Virus record (IMG/VR): IMGVR_UViG_3300020733_000010
Location: 96,001 to 160,000 of that record
Strand: one strand, 5' to 3'
Origin: a virus
DNA length: 64,000 nucleotides
The notes beneath the pieces are model-generated. The model did no database searches. It saw nothing but the letters and a program-made list of their open reading frames with translations, and had not been told where the DNA came from. How positions within the stretch are numbered: the stretch's first letter is position 1; each line of letters starts with the position of its first letter. The position numbers and the translations under genes were made by a program. Positions 9,459 to 19,913 of the stretch are shown here, piece by piece.

Positions 9459-10655
9459 ATGTCACAAGTTCTATTAGAAAGCCGTTGGGACGAGACCAAA
9501 GAAGCCCTACTCGAAGGTCTTAAAGGTACTCGTAAATCAACAATGGGTGTTATCTTGGAAAACACTCGCAAATCGTTATTGGCTGAATCTTCAGCTGGTA
9601 CAACAACAGCTGGTAACATCGCTACATTAAACCGTGTTATTTTGCCAGTTATCCGTCGTGTCATGCCAACAGTTATCGCTAACGAGTTGGTTGGTGTTCA
9701 ACCAATGACAGGACCAGTTGGTCAAATTCATACACTACGTGTACGTTACGCTCAATCATTGAATGATACAAGTGCAGCAGGAACTAGCGTTAACGCTGGT
9801 GACGAAGCATTGAGTCCATTCAAGATTGCTCAGGCATACTCAAGCCAACCTAACGCATCAGGTTCTTCTGGAATCTATACTGCTAATAATACAGCAGCGT
9901 TAGAAGGCAACGGTGGTAAACAAATCAGCGTACAAATCTTGCGTCAAGCTGTTGAAGCTAAGTCACGTAAGTTGCAAGCACGTTGGACATTCGAAGCTGC
10001 TCAAGACGCACAAAGCCAACATGGTATTGACGTTGAAGCAGAAATCATGGCCGCTTTAGCACAAGAAATTACTGCTGAAATCGACCAAGAAATTCTATTG
10101 TCATTGTCAACATTGGCTACACAAGAAGAAACATACAACCAAGCTACTGTATCTGGTACAGCTACATTCGTTGGTGATGAACACGCTGCTTTGGCTGTTC
10201 TAATCAACCGTGTTGCTAACAAGATCGCTCAACGCACACGCCGTGGTGCTGGTAACTGGGCTGTTGTATCTCCACAAGCATTGACAGTATTGCAATCTGC
10301 AACTACTTCTGCTTTCGCTCGTACAACAGAAGGTACATTCGAAGCTCCAACAAATACAAAATTCGTTGGTACATTGAATGGTGCTATGCGTGTATTCGTT
10401 AACACATATGCTAACGATGGCACACCAGTTCTAGTTGGTTACAAAGGTTCATCTGAAACAGATGCAGCAGCATTCTATTGCCCATACATTCCATTGATGA
10501 GCAGTGGTGTTGTTCTAGACCCAACAACATTCGAACCAGTCGTATCATTTATGACACGTTATGGTTACATCGAATTGACAAACACTGCATCTAGCTTCGG
10601 CAATGCAGCGGATTACTTGGGTGAAATCGCAATGAACAATATCAGCTTCCAATAA
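9459..10655 (+). CDS. gp23: Major capsid protein, T4 gp23-like
   Basis: ILPVIRRVMPTVIANELVGVQPMTGPVG, VEAKSRKLQARWTFEAAQD, AAFYCPYIPL and TRYG motifs. Confidence 0.95.
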   Translation: MSQVLLESRWDETKEALLEGLKGTRKSTMGVILENTRKSLLAESSAGTTTAGNIATLNRVILPVIRRVMPTVIANELVGVQPMTGPVGQIHTLRVRYAQSLNDTSAAGTSVNAGDEALSPFKIAQAYSSQPNASGSSGIYTANNTAALEGNGGKQISVQILRQAVEAKSRKLQARWTFEAAQDAQSQHGIDVEAEIMAALAQEITAEIDQEILLSLSTLATQEETYNQATVSGTATFVGDEHAALAVLINRVANKIAQRTRRGAGNWAVVSPQALTVLQSATTSAFARTTEGTFEAPTNTKFVGTLNGAMRVFVNTYANDGTPVLVGYKGSSETDAAAFYCPYIPLMSSGVVLDPTTFEPVVSFMTRYGYIELTNTASSFGNAADYLGEIAMNNISFQ

Positions 10656-10701
10656 TTGGACTGATAAAACTTTTTACCCTCGGGATGGGAAGTTTACAAT
10701 C

Positions 10702-10725
10702 AAGCACACTTCGGTGTGCTTTTTT
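10702..10725 (+). terminator. Rho-independent terminator after the major capsid gene
   Basis: AAGCACAC-TTCG-GTGTGCTT stem with a C(UUCG)G tetraloop followed by a T-run. Confidence 0.85.
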
Positions 10726-10758
10726 GTTGGTGTTACAGGTATGTATTGTCATTTAATG

Positions 10759-10765
10759 ATAAATA
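10759..10765 (+). promoter_or_regulatory. Late promoter box ATAAATA restarting transcription for the fibre block
   Basis: Just downstream of the terminator and upstream of the ATG at 10793. Confidence 0.55.
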
Positions 10766-10792
10766 AGATATAAGATAATATTTGGGACCATA

Positions 10793-11488
10793 ATGGCAAA
10801 CATAGATCCATTCAATTCAGTAGGCGGTTATACAGTAGGAATTCCACCAGTACCATTCATTGATACAAATGGTAACTTGACAGTACCACGTGCAAACATA
10901 GGTAATGTGCAAGTATCAGGTGACTCTTTGTTTGTTGGTAATGTACAAGCAAACTTGTTTATTGGTAGCTTCAGCGGTAATATTGTAGGTAACGTTGTCG
11001 TTCCTGGTCAGAACACACAAGTATTATATAATGACAATGGAAACGCCGGAGCAAGCTCAGGATTCACATTTGATAGTACAGCACAATTAGTTACTGTTCA
11101 CGGCGATTTAGTTGCAAACACTATCACTTTGGGTTCAGGTGACAATGAATTTAGCACACAGTCTGTATTATTTGCAACTACTGCAAGTTCAGCATCAGCA
11201 CAAATATTGTATTCAATACCAGTGACAAGTATTTGTAGTATTGACTTTACAATCATCGCAACTGATGCAACTGCACAAGCAAGACAGACTAGTAAATTGT
11301 TTGCAGCAGTATATGGCACAGATGTTGGATTCTACGAGTATGGTACAATTGACGTACCACAAAGTAGTTCAGGCGTAGGAGATTTTAGTGTAGCATATGA
11401 TGGTACAAGTTCAGTGAATCTGTTAGTTACTCCAGCTACATCAAACTTGATTAATTATAAAATAATGATAACAAGTTATAAAGAATAA
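10793..11488 (+). CDS. Virion fibre/decoration protein (short)
   Basis: N-terminal FNSVGGYTVG, a GxNTQVxYNDxG module and a C-terminal beta-domain shared with the next three genes. Confidence 0.6.
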   Translation: MANIDPFNSVGGYTVGIPPVPFIDTNGNLTVPRANIGNVQVSGDSLFVGNVQANLFIGSFSGNIVGNVVVPGQNTQVLYNDNGNAGASSGFTFDSTAQLVTVHGDLVANTITLGSGDNEFSTQSVLFATTASSASAQILYSIPVTSICSIDFTIIATDATAQARQTSKLFAAVYGTDVGFYEYGTIDVPQSSSGVGDFSVAYDGTSSVNLLVTPATSNLINYKIMITSYKE

Positions 11489-11499
11489 GGAAAAGAAAA

Positions 11500-13524
11500 A
11501 TGGCAATTAGACTCTTTAACTCAGTTGGTGGTTACTCAGTAGGCGAAACCCCGATTACCGTAATTTATGCTAACGCTGATATTACAACAGGTAACGTAAC
11601 GGCATCAGCTAACGTATCCGCTGGCAATTTGTTAACTAATAACTTGTTATACGCTAACGGTGTACCTTGGAACTTTTTGCAAGCAGGTGGTTCAAATACA
11701 CAAATTCAGTTTAACAATAACCAATCATTGGGCGGTAGTTCTAACTTTACATTCAATACTGCATCAAATACATTAACAGTATTGGGTACAGCTAACGTTA
11801 CAACATTGATTACAACAGGTAATGCAAACGTAAATGGTAACTTAGGTGTGACTGGTAACGTAACTGCTCCTTACTTTTATGGTAACGTAGTTGGTAACAT
11901 CAGCGGTAACATTGTTATTCCCGGTAACAACACAGACGTTATTTTCAATGACCAAGGTTCAGCAAACTCAAGTGACAACTTTACTTTTAATAAGGCAACA
12001 AACACATTAACTGTTAATGGTAATATTGTTGCAGGTAACATCAGTGGTGCAAACTTAATTTCTGCTAACTATCATGCAGGTACACTAACTACTGCTGCAC
12101 AGCCAAACATCACTAGCGTTGGTACACTAACATCATTGAATGTAAGTGGTACAGCAAACGTTGGTAACTTAACAACCCCTGGTAACTTAACTGTTACTGG
12201 TGTTGTAATTTCAAACTTAGTTCCAGCAGTTGACGCAACATATAATTTGGGTAATAGCACATTACACTGGAACAACGCTTATGTATCCGGTAACATTTTC
12301 TTAGGTACTAGTACAGCATATTTACGTGCAACTGGTGCAACTATCTATATGGATAGTGTTTACACTACAAACAACGGTAGCTTTGGTACATTAACATCAC
12401 GCGGTGATGCAACAATGTCAGCTAACTTGGTTGTTAATGGTAACTTGACAGTTAACGGTACTACAACATATGTTGATTCAACTGTTACTGCGATTGCAGA
12501 CCCAATTATTGATTTGGGCGGTTCAAACGTTACTCCTGGTGCAAACGTATCAGGTGCTGATGGATATGATCGTGGTCTATTCTTACATAACTGGGACAGT
12601 TTAAATCACGTTCCATTGAATCAGTTTATTGGTTGGAAAACTGCTAACAGTGAATTTCAAGTATTGAACAGTGTAGTTGATAGCGCAAACGTTGTTACTG
12701 GTTCATTAGCTAACATACGTGCAAACGTATTGTTTGGTAACTTAACTGGTACTATCCTAACAGCAAGTCAAACAGGTATTACTACATTAGGTACACTAAC
12801 CAACTTGACAATTGCGGGTAATTTACAAGTTAACACAAACGCTAACATCAACTCATTGAAGGCAGGTGGATTGCAATATCCAAGTGGTGATGGTTCTTCT
12901 GGACAGATGTTAGCTACATATGGTAATGGTACCTTGTACTTTACCACAGTCAGTACATCAAGTATCACAAATGGTACAAGTAATGTAACAGTATTGAACA
13001 ATGGTAACGTATTAGTAAGTTCAAGTGGTACTGCAAATGTATTGACAGTTACAAGTACTGGTGCAAACATCGCAGGTACATTGAATGCAACCGGTAACGT
13101 AATTTTACAAAACCCAATCTCAGGTGGAGGTACAACACTTGTCGATACATTAAACGTAACTGCATTCTATGCAGGTAATAGTGCTGCAAGTGCAACATCA
13201 ACTGCTATTCGTTCTTCTACTACTGTAACAAACAGTACAGCATCAAGCCAAATTCTTGCAAAAGTAAGTACAACTGGTGTTCGTGCTGTTGAATATTTTG
13301 TTAAAGGCGAGGATACTACAGGGGGTAAATACAGTGTAGCCACAGTTTCCGCAGTTCATAATGGAGTTTCAGTAGATTACACAGTGTATGGTGCAATAGC
13401 TTACAATAATCAGGCAACTGGTTCTGGTTTATCTGTATCATTATCAGGGGGTATATTATACCTAACGATCACACCTGCAAGTAGTAACCCAACAACTTGG
13501 ACAACACAATATAGAACAATTTAA
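11500..13524 (+). CDS. Repeat-rich virion fibre protein
   Basis: 674 aa, N/G/T-rich, with AQPNITSVGTLTSL repeats and the shared N- and C-terminal motifs. Confidence 0.7.
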   Translation: MAIRLFNSVGGYSVGETPITVIYANADITTGNVTASANVSAGNLLTNNLLYANGVPWNFLQAGGSNTQIQFNNNQSLGGSSNFTFNTASNTLTVLGTANVTTLITTGNANVNGNLGVTGNVTAPYFYGNVVGNISGNIVIPGNNTDVIFNDQGSANSSDNFTFNKATNTLTVNGNIVAGNISGANLISANYHAGTLTTAAQPNITSVGTLTSLNVSGTANVGNLTTPGNLTVTGVVISNLVPAVDATYNLGNSTLHWNNAYVSGNIFLGTSTAYLRATGATIYMDSVYTTNNGSFGTLTSRGDATMSANLVVNGNLTVNGTTTYVDSTVTAIADPIIDLGGSNVTPGANVSGADGYDRGLFLHNWDSLNHVPLNQFIGWKTANSEFQVLNSVVDSANVVTGSLANIRANVLFGNLTGTILTASQTGITTLGTLTNLTIAGNLQVNTNANINSLKAGGLQYPSGDGSSGQMLATYGNGTLYFTTVSTSSITNGTSNVTVLNNGNVLVSSSGTANVLTVTSTGANIAGTLNATGNVILQNPISGGGTTLVDTLNVTAFYAGNSAASATSTAIRSSTTVTNSTASSQILAKVSTTGVRAVEYFVKGEDTTGGKYSVATVSAVHNGVSVDYTVYGAIAYNNQATGSGLSVSLSGGILYLTITPASSNPTTWTTQYRTI

Positions 13525-13550
13525 ACTAGGGCCACATAACGAGATTTTAT

Positions 13551-16500
13551 ATGGCACTACAGAAGTTTAACTCACATCAAGGTTTCTCGGTTGGAGACGA
13601 GGGTGTAATAACCTATGACGTTATTGATAGTAACGCCAACGTTAGTGCCAACAACCTTACTGTATCAAACATTAGTAATTTGGGTCCTGCTGGTAATGTT
13701 GTTATTACTGGCGGTAGTGCAGGATACTACTTAAAGACTGACGGATCTGGTAACTTATCATGGGTAGCACCTCCTAGCGGTGGTGGCATTGCTGGATCAA
13801 ACACACAAATTCAATTTAACGATAGTGGAAGTTTTGGTGCTAGTTCTAGTCTAACTTTCAACAAAGGTACAAACACATTATCAACAGGTAATGCAAACAT
13901 CACTGGTAACATCATTAGTGGTAATGCAAATTTAGGTAACCTAGCATCTAGTAATTATTTCAAGGGTGATGGTAGTTTACTAACAAATATTACTGGTAAT
14001 AATGTTACTGGACAAGTAGCTAACGCATTATTAGCTGGAACTGTTTACACAAACGCACAACCTAACATCACTAGCGTTGGCACATTAACTAGCGCAAACA
14101 TCACCGGTAACTTAACATCAGGTAATGCCAACTTAGGTAACGCTGTAACTGCTAACTACTTCATTGGTAATATCTCTACAGGTAATATCTCAGGTAATCT
14201 ACAGATTACAACAGGTAGTACAACATATGTTCCATTTTTAAACTCAAGTAAGACACTAACTACAAACAGTTTCTTTACATTTGATCCTACTGGTAACAGC
14301 AATCAAGGATTGTTGTCTGTAAATCCATTAGGTGGTGGATTGATTCAAGCAACTGGTATATACGCTACTGGTTTTGCAAACATTAACGGTAATTTATTAG
14401 TCACAAACGGTAATGCAAATATCAGTGGTAACTTAGTTACAGGTAACGCAACATTAGGTAATCTAACAACAAGTAATTATTTTTCAGGTAACGGATATCT
14501 GTTATCAGGCATCACCGGAACTAATGTAACTGGTCAAGTAAGCAATGCATTAATTGCAGGTACAGTCTATACCAATGCACAACCCAACATCACTAGTGTT
14601 GGTACATTAACTAGTGCTAATGTTACAGGTAATCTAACATCAGGTAATGCTAACTTAGGTAATTTAGCAACCGCAAATTTCTTTAGCGGTAATGGTAGCC
14701 TATTGTCTAGCTTAACTGGTGCCAATGTAACTGGTACTGTAGCAAACGCAAATTATTCAACTTTTGCCGGTACTGTACTAACTAACGCCCAACCCAACAT
14801 CACTAGTGTCGGTACATTAACAAGTTTAACAGTTAGTGGAAATGTCACAAGCGGTAATGCTAACTTAGGTAATCTTGCAGTTAGTAACTTCTTTAGTGGT
14901 AACGGATCATTATTAACTAGTTTAACTGGTGCTAACGTAACCGGAATAGTAGCAAACGCAAACTATTCAACTTTTGCCGGTACTGTACTAACTAACTCTC
15001 AACCAAATATTACTAGTGTTGGTACATTGAATGCACTGTCAGTCACTGGGTTAATCAACGCACTAAACACTGGTATCAAAGTTGCTAACATACAAGATAG
15101 TTCAGGTACTATTACTATTCTTACCAAATACAATAGCCAAGCCGGTGATGTAGGTATCTATGGAAACTTAACAGTTGGTACAAGTGGTACGGGTAACGTA
15201 ACTGCCAGTTATTTCTATGGTAATGGTTATAATCTAACCGGTATCAATGGTACAAATATTATTGGTGCAACACCTACTGCAAACTACTCAACATATGCAG
15301 GTACTGTATTAACAAATGCTCAACCTAACATCACTAGCTTAGGTAACTTGACTAGTGCAAATATTGTAGGTAATTTAACATCAGGTAATGCTAACTTAGG
15401 TAATCTAGTAACAGCTAATTACTACACAGGAAACGGATATCTATTATCAGGTATCACAGGTGCAAACGTAACCGGTACCGTAGCAAATGCAAATTATGCG
15501 ACATATGCAGGTACTGTATTAACAAATGCTCAACCTAATATTACAAGTGTTGGAACATTAACTGGATTGACAGTTAACGGAGACACAGTTTTAACAGGTA
15601 ATCTAACTGTTACTGGTAACTTTGAATATGTTAACAGTAACATCACACGACTACAAGATCCTATATTAGAAATGGGCGGGGGCGTAAACGCAGCCGCATT
15701 GACTACAAATGATAACATGGATCGTGGTTTGCAGTTGCACTATTATACAACTACAACAGTCGATGCTTTCATGGGCTGGAAGAACAGTGCCAGTGAATTT
15801 GTATTCGCAAGTAATGCTAATATTGTAAACAACGTTGCAACAATCAATTCATATGGTAACATTCATGCAGGTAATGCTAACTTAGGTAATTTAGTAACTG
15901 CAAACTATCATTCAGGCAACGGGTATCTATTAGCTGGTATAACTGGTGCCAATGTAACTGGTACTGTAGCAAACGCAAATTATTCAACTTTTGCCGGTAC
16001 TGTACTAACAAACGCACAACCAAATATTACAAGTGTAGGTAACTTAACTACTGCTAACGTCACCGGTAACTTAACATCAGGAAATGCTAACTTAGGTAAC
16101 TTAGCAACTGCAAATTATTTCAGCGGTAATGGATACTTGATATCAAGCATTACCGCTGCAAATATTAACGGTCAAGTTGCTAATGCATTATTGGCTGGTA
16201 CGGTCTACACAAACTCACAACCAAACATCACTAGTTTAGGTAACTTGATTAGTGCAAATATTATAGGCAACCTAACTTCAGGTAATGCTAACTTAGGTAA
16301 TCTTGCCGTTGCTAACTACTTCAGTGGTAATGGTAGTCTATTAACTAGTATCACTGGTGGTAACGTTACTGGACAAGTATCTAACGCATTACTAGCTGGA
16401 ACTGTATACACAAACGCACAACCAAATATTACAAGTTTGGGTAATTTGACTAGTGCAAATATTATAGGTAATATCACAAGCGGTAATGCAAACTTAGGTA

Positions 16501-19500
16501 ATCTTGCTGTTGCTAACTTCTTTAGTGGTAACGGATATCTGATTAGTTCAATTACTGCTGCAAATATCAGTGGTCAAGTTGCTAATGCATTACTAGCAGG
16601 TACTGTATACACAAATGCTCAACCAAACATCACTAGTTTAGGAACATTGACTAACTTAATAGTTAGCAACGGTACTGCCTATTCAAACGTGTACGGTAAT
16701 GGAACTATCATTACTAGTGGTAACGTAACTGCTCCATATTTCATTGGTAACATTGTTGGTAACATTGTTGGTAACTTGACTATTTCTGCTGGTGCAAACA
16801 CACAAGTAGTGTTCAATGATAATGGTAATGCCAATGCAAGTGCTAACTTTACTTGGAACAAAGGTACAAATACACTAGCAGTATTGGGCAACATTACACG
16901 TGACAGTAAAAATGTATTAACATTTGCTAGTGCAACAACTGCCCCATCTAACCCAAGAATGGGTGATGAATGGTATAATCAATCTAATGATACAATTTAC
17001 AAATATGTTTATGATGGTACTAGTTACTATTGGGTTGATACTACAAGTGGTTATATCAGTGCTAACACTTCTGCGTTAGGCAACACCTTAGTTCAGCGTG
17101 ACGCAAACGGTAACGTAACCGCGAACTACTTCATTGGTAACGGAAGCCAATTAACTGGTGTAGGTTCTGCAGGAACATTAAGTAACGGAACAAGTAACGT
17201 TAACGCAGGTACATTAAATGGTAACATCACTGTTAGCATCGGCGGAACAGTAAACACAGTAGTCTTCACTACTACCGGTGTTACTGTTGCCGGTAATGTC
17301 ACAGCAGGCAATTTGATTGGACCACATGCTAACGGTAACAGTAACGTTAATATTCCGGCAGCTAACGGTAACATAACTTTGAGCGTAGGTGGTACTGCAA
17401 ACGTTGCAGTTGTCACTACTACAGGGGTAAACATCTCAGGTACATTGAACGTAACTGGGGTGAGTAACCTAGGTCCTAACGGAAACGTTGTAATTACAGG
17501 TGGTAGTTCAGGTCAATATCTGCAAACAAACGGTTCAGGCGGACTAAGTTGGGCTACAATTAGTACAACTAGTATCAGTAATGGTACAAGTAACGTAAGT
17601 GTTCCTGCATCAGGTGGTAACGTCAACACCAGTGTAGGTGGAACTGCAAACGTATTTGTTGTGACAACAACTGGTGTCAACGTTGCTGGTACAATCAACA
17701 GTACAGCTAACGTAATTGGTGGCAACTTAACAACTGCAGGTGTTGTAGTTTCTTCAATCGCTACAGGTACAGCCCCATTAACTGTATCAAGTACAACTCG
17801 TGTTTCTAATTTAAACGTATCATATGCTAACGTAAGCGATTATGGAAACATTGTTGCACAGACTACAGGAACATTCTATCCAGTTATGGTTAGTGGAAGC
17901 ACTAGCGGTAACTATCAAATTGCAAGTAACGCTAACTTATCATTTAACGTAGCAACTAGCAACTTTACGGTTGGTGGTAACGTTATCACTGGCTCAGGCA
18001 GTGGTGGTAATATTACTGGTGCAAACGTAATCTCAGCTAACTCATTTATTGGTGCGTTTGCAAATGGTAACAGTAACGTCAGCTTGCCTGTCGCTAACGG
18101 AAACGTAACAATCAGTGCTGTTGGTAATGCAAACGTAGTTGTAGTTACTGGTACAGGTGTTAACATAGCCGGAACATTAAACGTTACAGGTGTAAGTAAT
18201 TTAGGTCCTAACGGAAACGTTGTAATTACAGGTGGCGTCACAGGACAATATCTACAAACTAACGGCTCAGGTGGTTTATCTTGGTCTACAATTGCATCAG
18301 TTGCAATAAGTAACGGTACAAGTAACGTCACTGCTGGTACATTGAACGGTAACATAACAGTGAGCGTCAGTGGTACTGCTAATACTGTTGTTTTTACAAA
18401 TACAGGTGTAAACGTTGCAGGTTATGTGAATGCTACTGCAAACGTAACCGGTAGTAACTTAACAACTGCTGGTATTGTTGTATCTAGTATTGCTACGGGT
18501 ACTGCACCATTGACGGTATCAAGTACAACTCGTGTTTCTAACTTGAACGTTTCATATGCAAACGTAAGTGATTATGGCGTTGTTACTGCACAAACAACCG
18601 GAACATTCTATCCAGTATTTGTGAATGGTAGCACAACAGGTAACTATGCTCATGCAAGTAATACAAACATAAACGTAAGTATTGCTACTGGTGCATTTAA
18701 TTCAACCCTATTGGGTGGTACATTAACAACTGCTGCCCAACCAAACGTAACAAGTGTTGGCTCATTAACTAGCTTATCAATGGCTGCAAATAGTAATATA
18801 ACATTGAGTGGCAGTTTATCACAAATTTTTGGTGCAAACTTGTTGAGTGGTGCCTATGTAGCAGGCACATTGACTACATCAAGTCAACCAAATATTACTA
18901 GCGTAGGTTCATTATCTAGCTTATCAATGGCTGCAAATAGTAATATAACGTTGAGTGGATCATTGAGTCAAATTTCTGGTGCAAACTTAGTTTCTGCTAC
19001 ATATCATGCTGGTACATTAACTACAGCAGCACAACCTAATATTACAAGTTTGGGCACATTGACAGCACTAAACGTTAATGGAGTAAGCAACGTAGGTCCA
19101 GTTGGAAACTTGATTATTACAGGTGGAACTAGTGGTTATGTATTGACTACAAACGGATCAGGTACATTGTCTTGGACTAACCCTGTAACAGATGTAGTTG
19201 CAGGATCAAATACACAAGTTCAATATAACAATGCTGGAAACTTTGGTGCAAGCGCAAACTTCACATTTAATAACACAAGTAACACATTAACTGTTGATAA
19301 CTTAGTTACAAACGCTAATGCTAATATCGGTGGAAATGGTATCATTTCCGGTGGATATTTGACATTGAGTGGCGGTATTATTGCAGTTTCTGGAACTAGT
19401 GCAGGTATCTTTACTAGCACAACGACTCAAGTTAACATGGCTTTGGCCGGTAATGTCACAATGGGTTCTACTACTGGAAATGTACTAGCCCGTGGTAACT

Positions 19501-19895
19501 TTACAGCCAACACAATTACATCAAATACAACCGTTTCAGCCAACACAATTACATCAAATAACATGGCTGCGAACAGTTTTTACACTAATCGTACACAGAT
19601 ATCGGCTGCTCTCACTACTACTACAGTTATTGACACCTTCCCACTATCTTTGTACAGAACAGCTAAATACACTATAAGAGTGAACAGTGATGCGGGCTAT
19701 CAGTCAATTGAAGCACTATTGGTGCATAATTCAACAGACTCATTTATCACGGTTTACGGAAGTATTTCAACGTCAGGAAGCGATATTGTATTGCTTTCTA
19801 GCGATGTTAGTTTGGGGAATGTGGAATTACTAGCAATTTCTAGTAGCACCGGTACAACAATCAATTTGATAGGAACTTATATAGCAGACACATAA
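13551..19895 (+). CDS. Giant repeat-rich virion fibre protein (2114 aa)
   Basis: Many GNANLGNL..ANYFSGNG..L..ITG.NVTG.V.NA..AGTV.TNAQPNITS repeats; C-terminal DTFP..YRTAKY domain. Confidence 0.75.
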   Translation: MALQKFNSHQGFSVGDEGVITYDVIDSNANVSANNLTVSNISNLGPAGNVVITGGSAGYYLKTDGSGNLSWVAPPSGGGIAGSNTQIQFNDSGSFGASSSLTFNKGTNTLSTGNANITGNIISGNANLGNLASSNYFKGDGSLLTNITGNNVTGQVANALLAGTVYTNAQPNITSVGTLTSANITGNLTSGNANLGNAVTANYFIGNISTGNISGNLQITTGSTTYVPFLNSSKTLTTNSFFTFDPTGNSNQGLLSVNPLGGGLIQATGIYATGFANINGNLLVTNGNANISGNLVTGNATLGNLTTSNYFSGNGYLLSGITGTNVTGQVSNALIAGTVYTNAQPNITSVGTLTSANVTGNLTSGNANLGNLATANFFSGNGSLLSSLTGANVTGTVANANYSTFAGTVLTNAQPNITSVGTLTSLTVSGNVTSGNANLGNLAVSNFFSGNGSLLTSLTGANVTGIVANANYSTFAGTVLTNSQPNITSVGTLNALSVTGLINALNTGIKVANIQDSSGTITILTKYNSQAGDVGIYGNLTVGTSGTGNVTASYFYGNGYNLTGINGTNIIGATPTANYSTYAGTVLTNAQPNITSLGNLTSANIVGNLTSGNANLGNLVTANYYTGNGYLLSGITGANVTGTVANANYATYAGTVLTNAQPNITSVGTLTGLTVNGDTVLTGNLTVTGNFEYVNSNITRLQDPILEMGGGVNAAALTTNDNMDRGLQLHYYTTTTVDAFMGWKNSASEFVFASNANIVNNVATINSYGNIHAGNANLGNLVTANYHSGNGYLLAGITGANVTGTVANANYSTFAGTVLTNAQPNITSVGNLTTANVTGNLTSGNANLGNLATANYFSGNGYLISSITAANINGQVANALLAGTVYTNSQPNITSLGNLISANIIGNLTSGNANLGNLAVANYFSGNGSLLTSITGGNVTGQVSNALLAGTVYTNAQPNITSLGNLTSANIIGNITSGNANLGNLAVANFFSGNGYLISSITAANISGQVANALLAGTVYTNAQPNITSLGTLTNLIVSNGTAYSNVYGNGTIITSGNVTAPYFIGNIVGNIVGNLTISAGANTQVVFNDNGNANASANFTWNKGTNTLAVLGNITRDSKNVLTFASATTAPSNPRMGDEWYNQSNDTIYKYVYDGTSYYWVDTTSGYISANTSALGNTLVQRDANGNVTANYFIGNGSQLTGVGSAGTLSNGTSNVNAGTLNGNITVSIGGTVNTVVFTTTGVTVAGNVTAGNLIGPHANGNSNVNIPAANGNITLSVGGTANVAVVTTTGVNISGTLNVTGVSNLGPNGNVVITGGSSGQYLQTNGSGGLSWATISTTSISNGTSNVSVPASGGNVNTSVGGTANVFVVTTTGVNVAGTINSTANVIGGNLTTAGVVVSSIATGTAPLTVSSTTRVSNLNVSYANVSDYGNIVAQTTGTFYPVMVSGSTSGNYQIASNANLSFNVATSNFTVGGNVITGSGSGGNITGANVISANSFIGAFANGNSNVSLPVANGNVTISAVGNANVVVVTGTGVNIAGTLNVTGVSNLGPNGNVVITGGVTGQYLQTNGSGGLSWSTIASVAISNGTSNVTAGTLNGNITVSVSGTANTVVFTNTGVNVAGYVNATANVTGSNLTTAGIVVSSIATGTAPLTVSSTTRVSNLNVSYANVSDYGVVTAQTTGTFYPVFVNGSTTGNYAHASNTNINVSIATGAFNSTLLGGTLTTAAQPNVTSVGSLTSLSMAANSNITLSGSLSQIFGANLLSGAYVAGTLTTSSQPNITSVGSLSSLSMAANSNITLSGSLSQISGANLVSATYHAGTLTTAAQPNITSLGTLTALNVNGVSNVGPVGNLIITGGTSGYVLTTNGSGTLSWTNPVTDVVAGSNTQVQYNNAGNFGASANFTFNNTSNTLTVDNLVTNANANIGGNGIISGGYLTLSGGIIAVSGTSAGIFTSTTTQVNMALAGNVTMGSTTGNVLARGNFTANTITSNTTVSANTITSNNMAANSFYTNRTQISAALTTTTVIDTFPLSLYRTAKYTIRVNSDAGYQSIEALLVHNSTDSFITVYGSISTSGSDIVLLSSDVSLGNVELLAISSSTGTTINLIGTYIADT
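14713..14782 (+). repeat. 70-nt perfect direct repeat, copy 1 (copy 2 at 15940-16009)
   Basis: taactggtgccaatgtaactggtactgtagcaaacgcaaattattcaacttttgccggtactgtactaac is identical at both sites, including wobble positions. Confidence 0.9.
15940..16009 (+). repeat. 70-nt perfect direct repeat, copy 2
   Basis: Identical to 14713-14782. Confidence 0.9.
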
Positions 19896-19913
19896 TGCTA
19901 AAGGAATAAAAAC

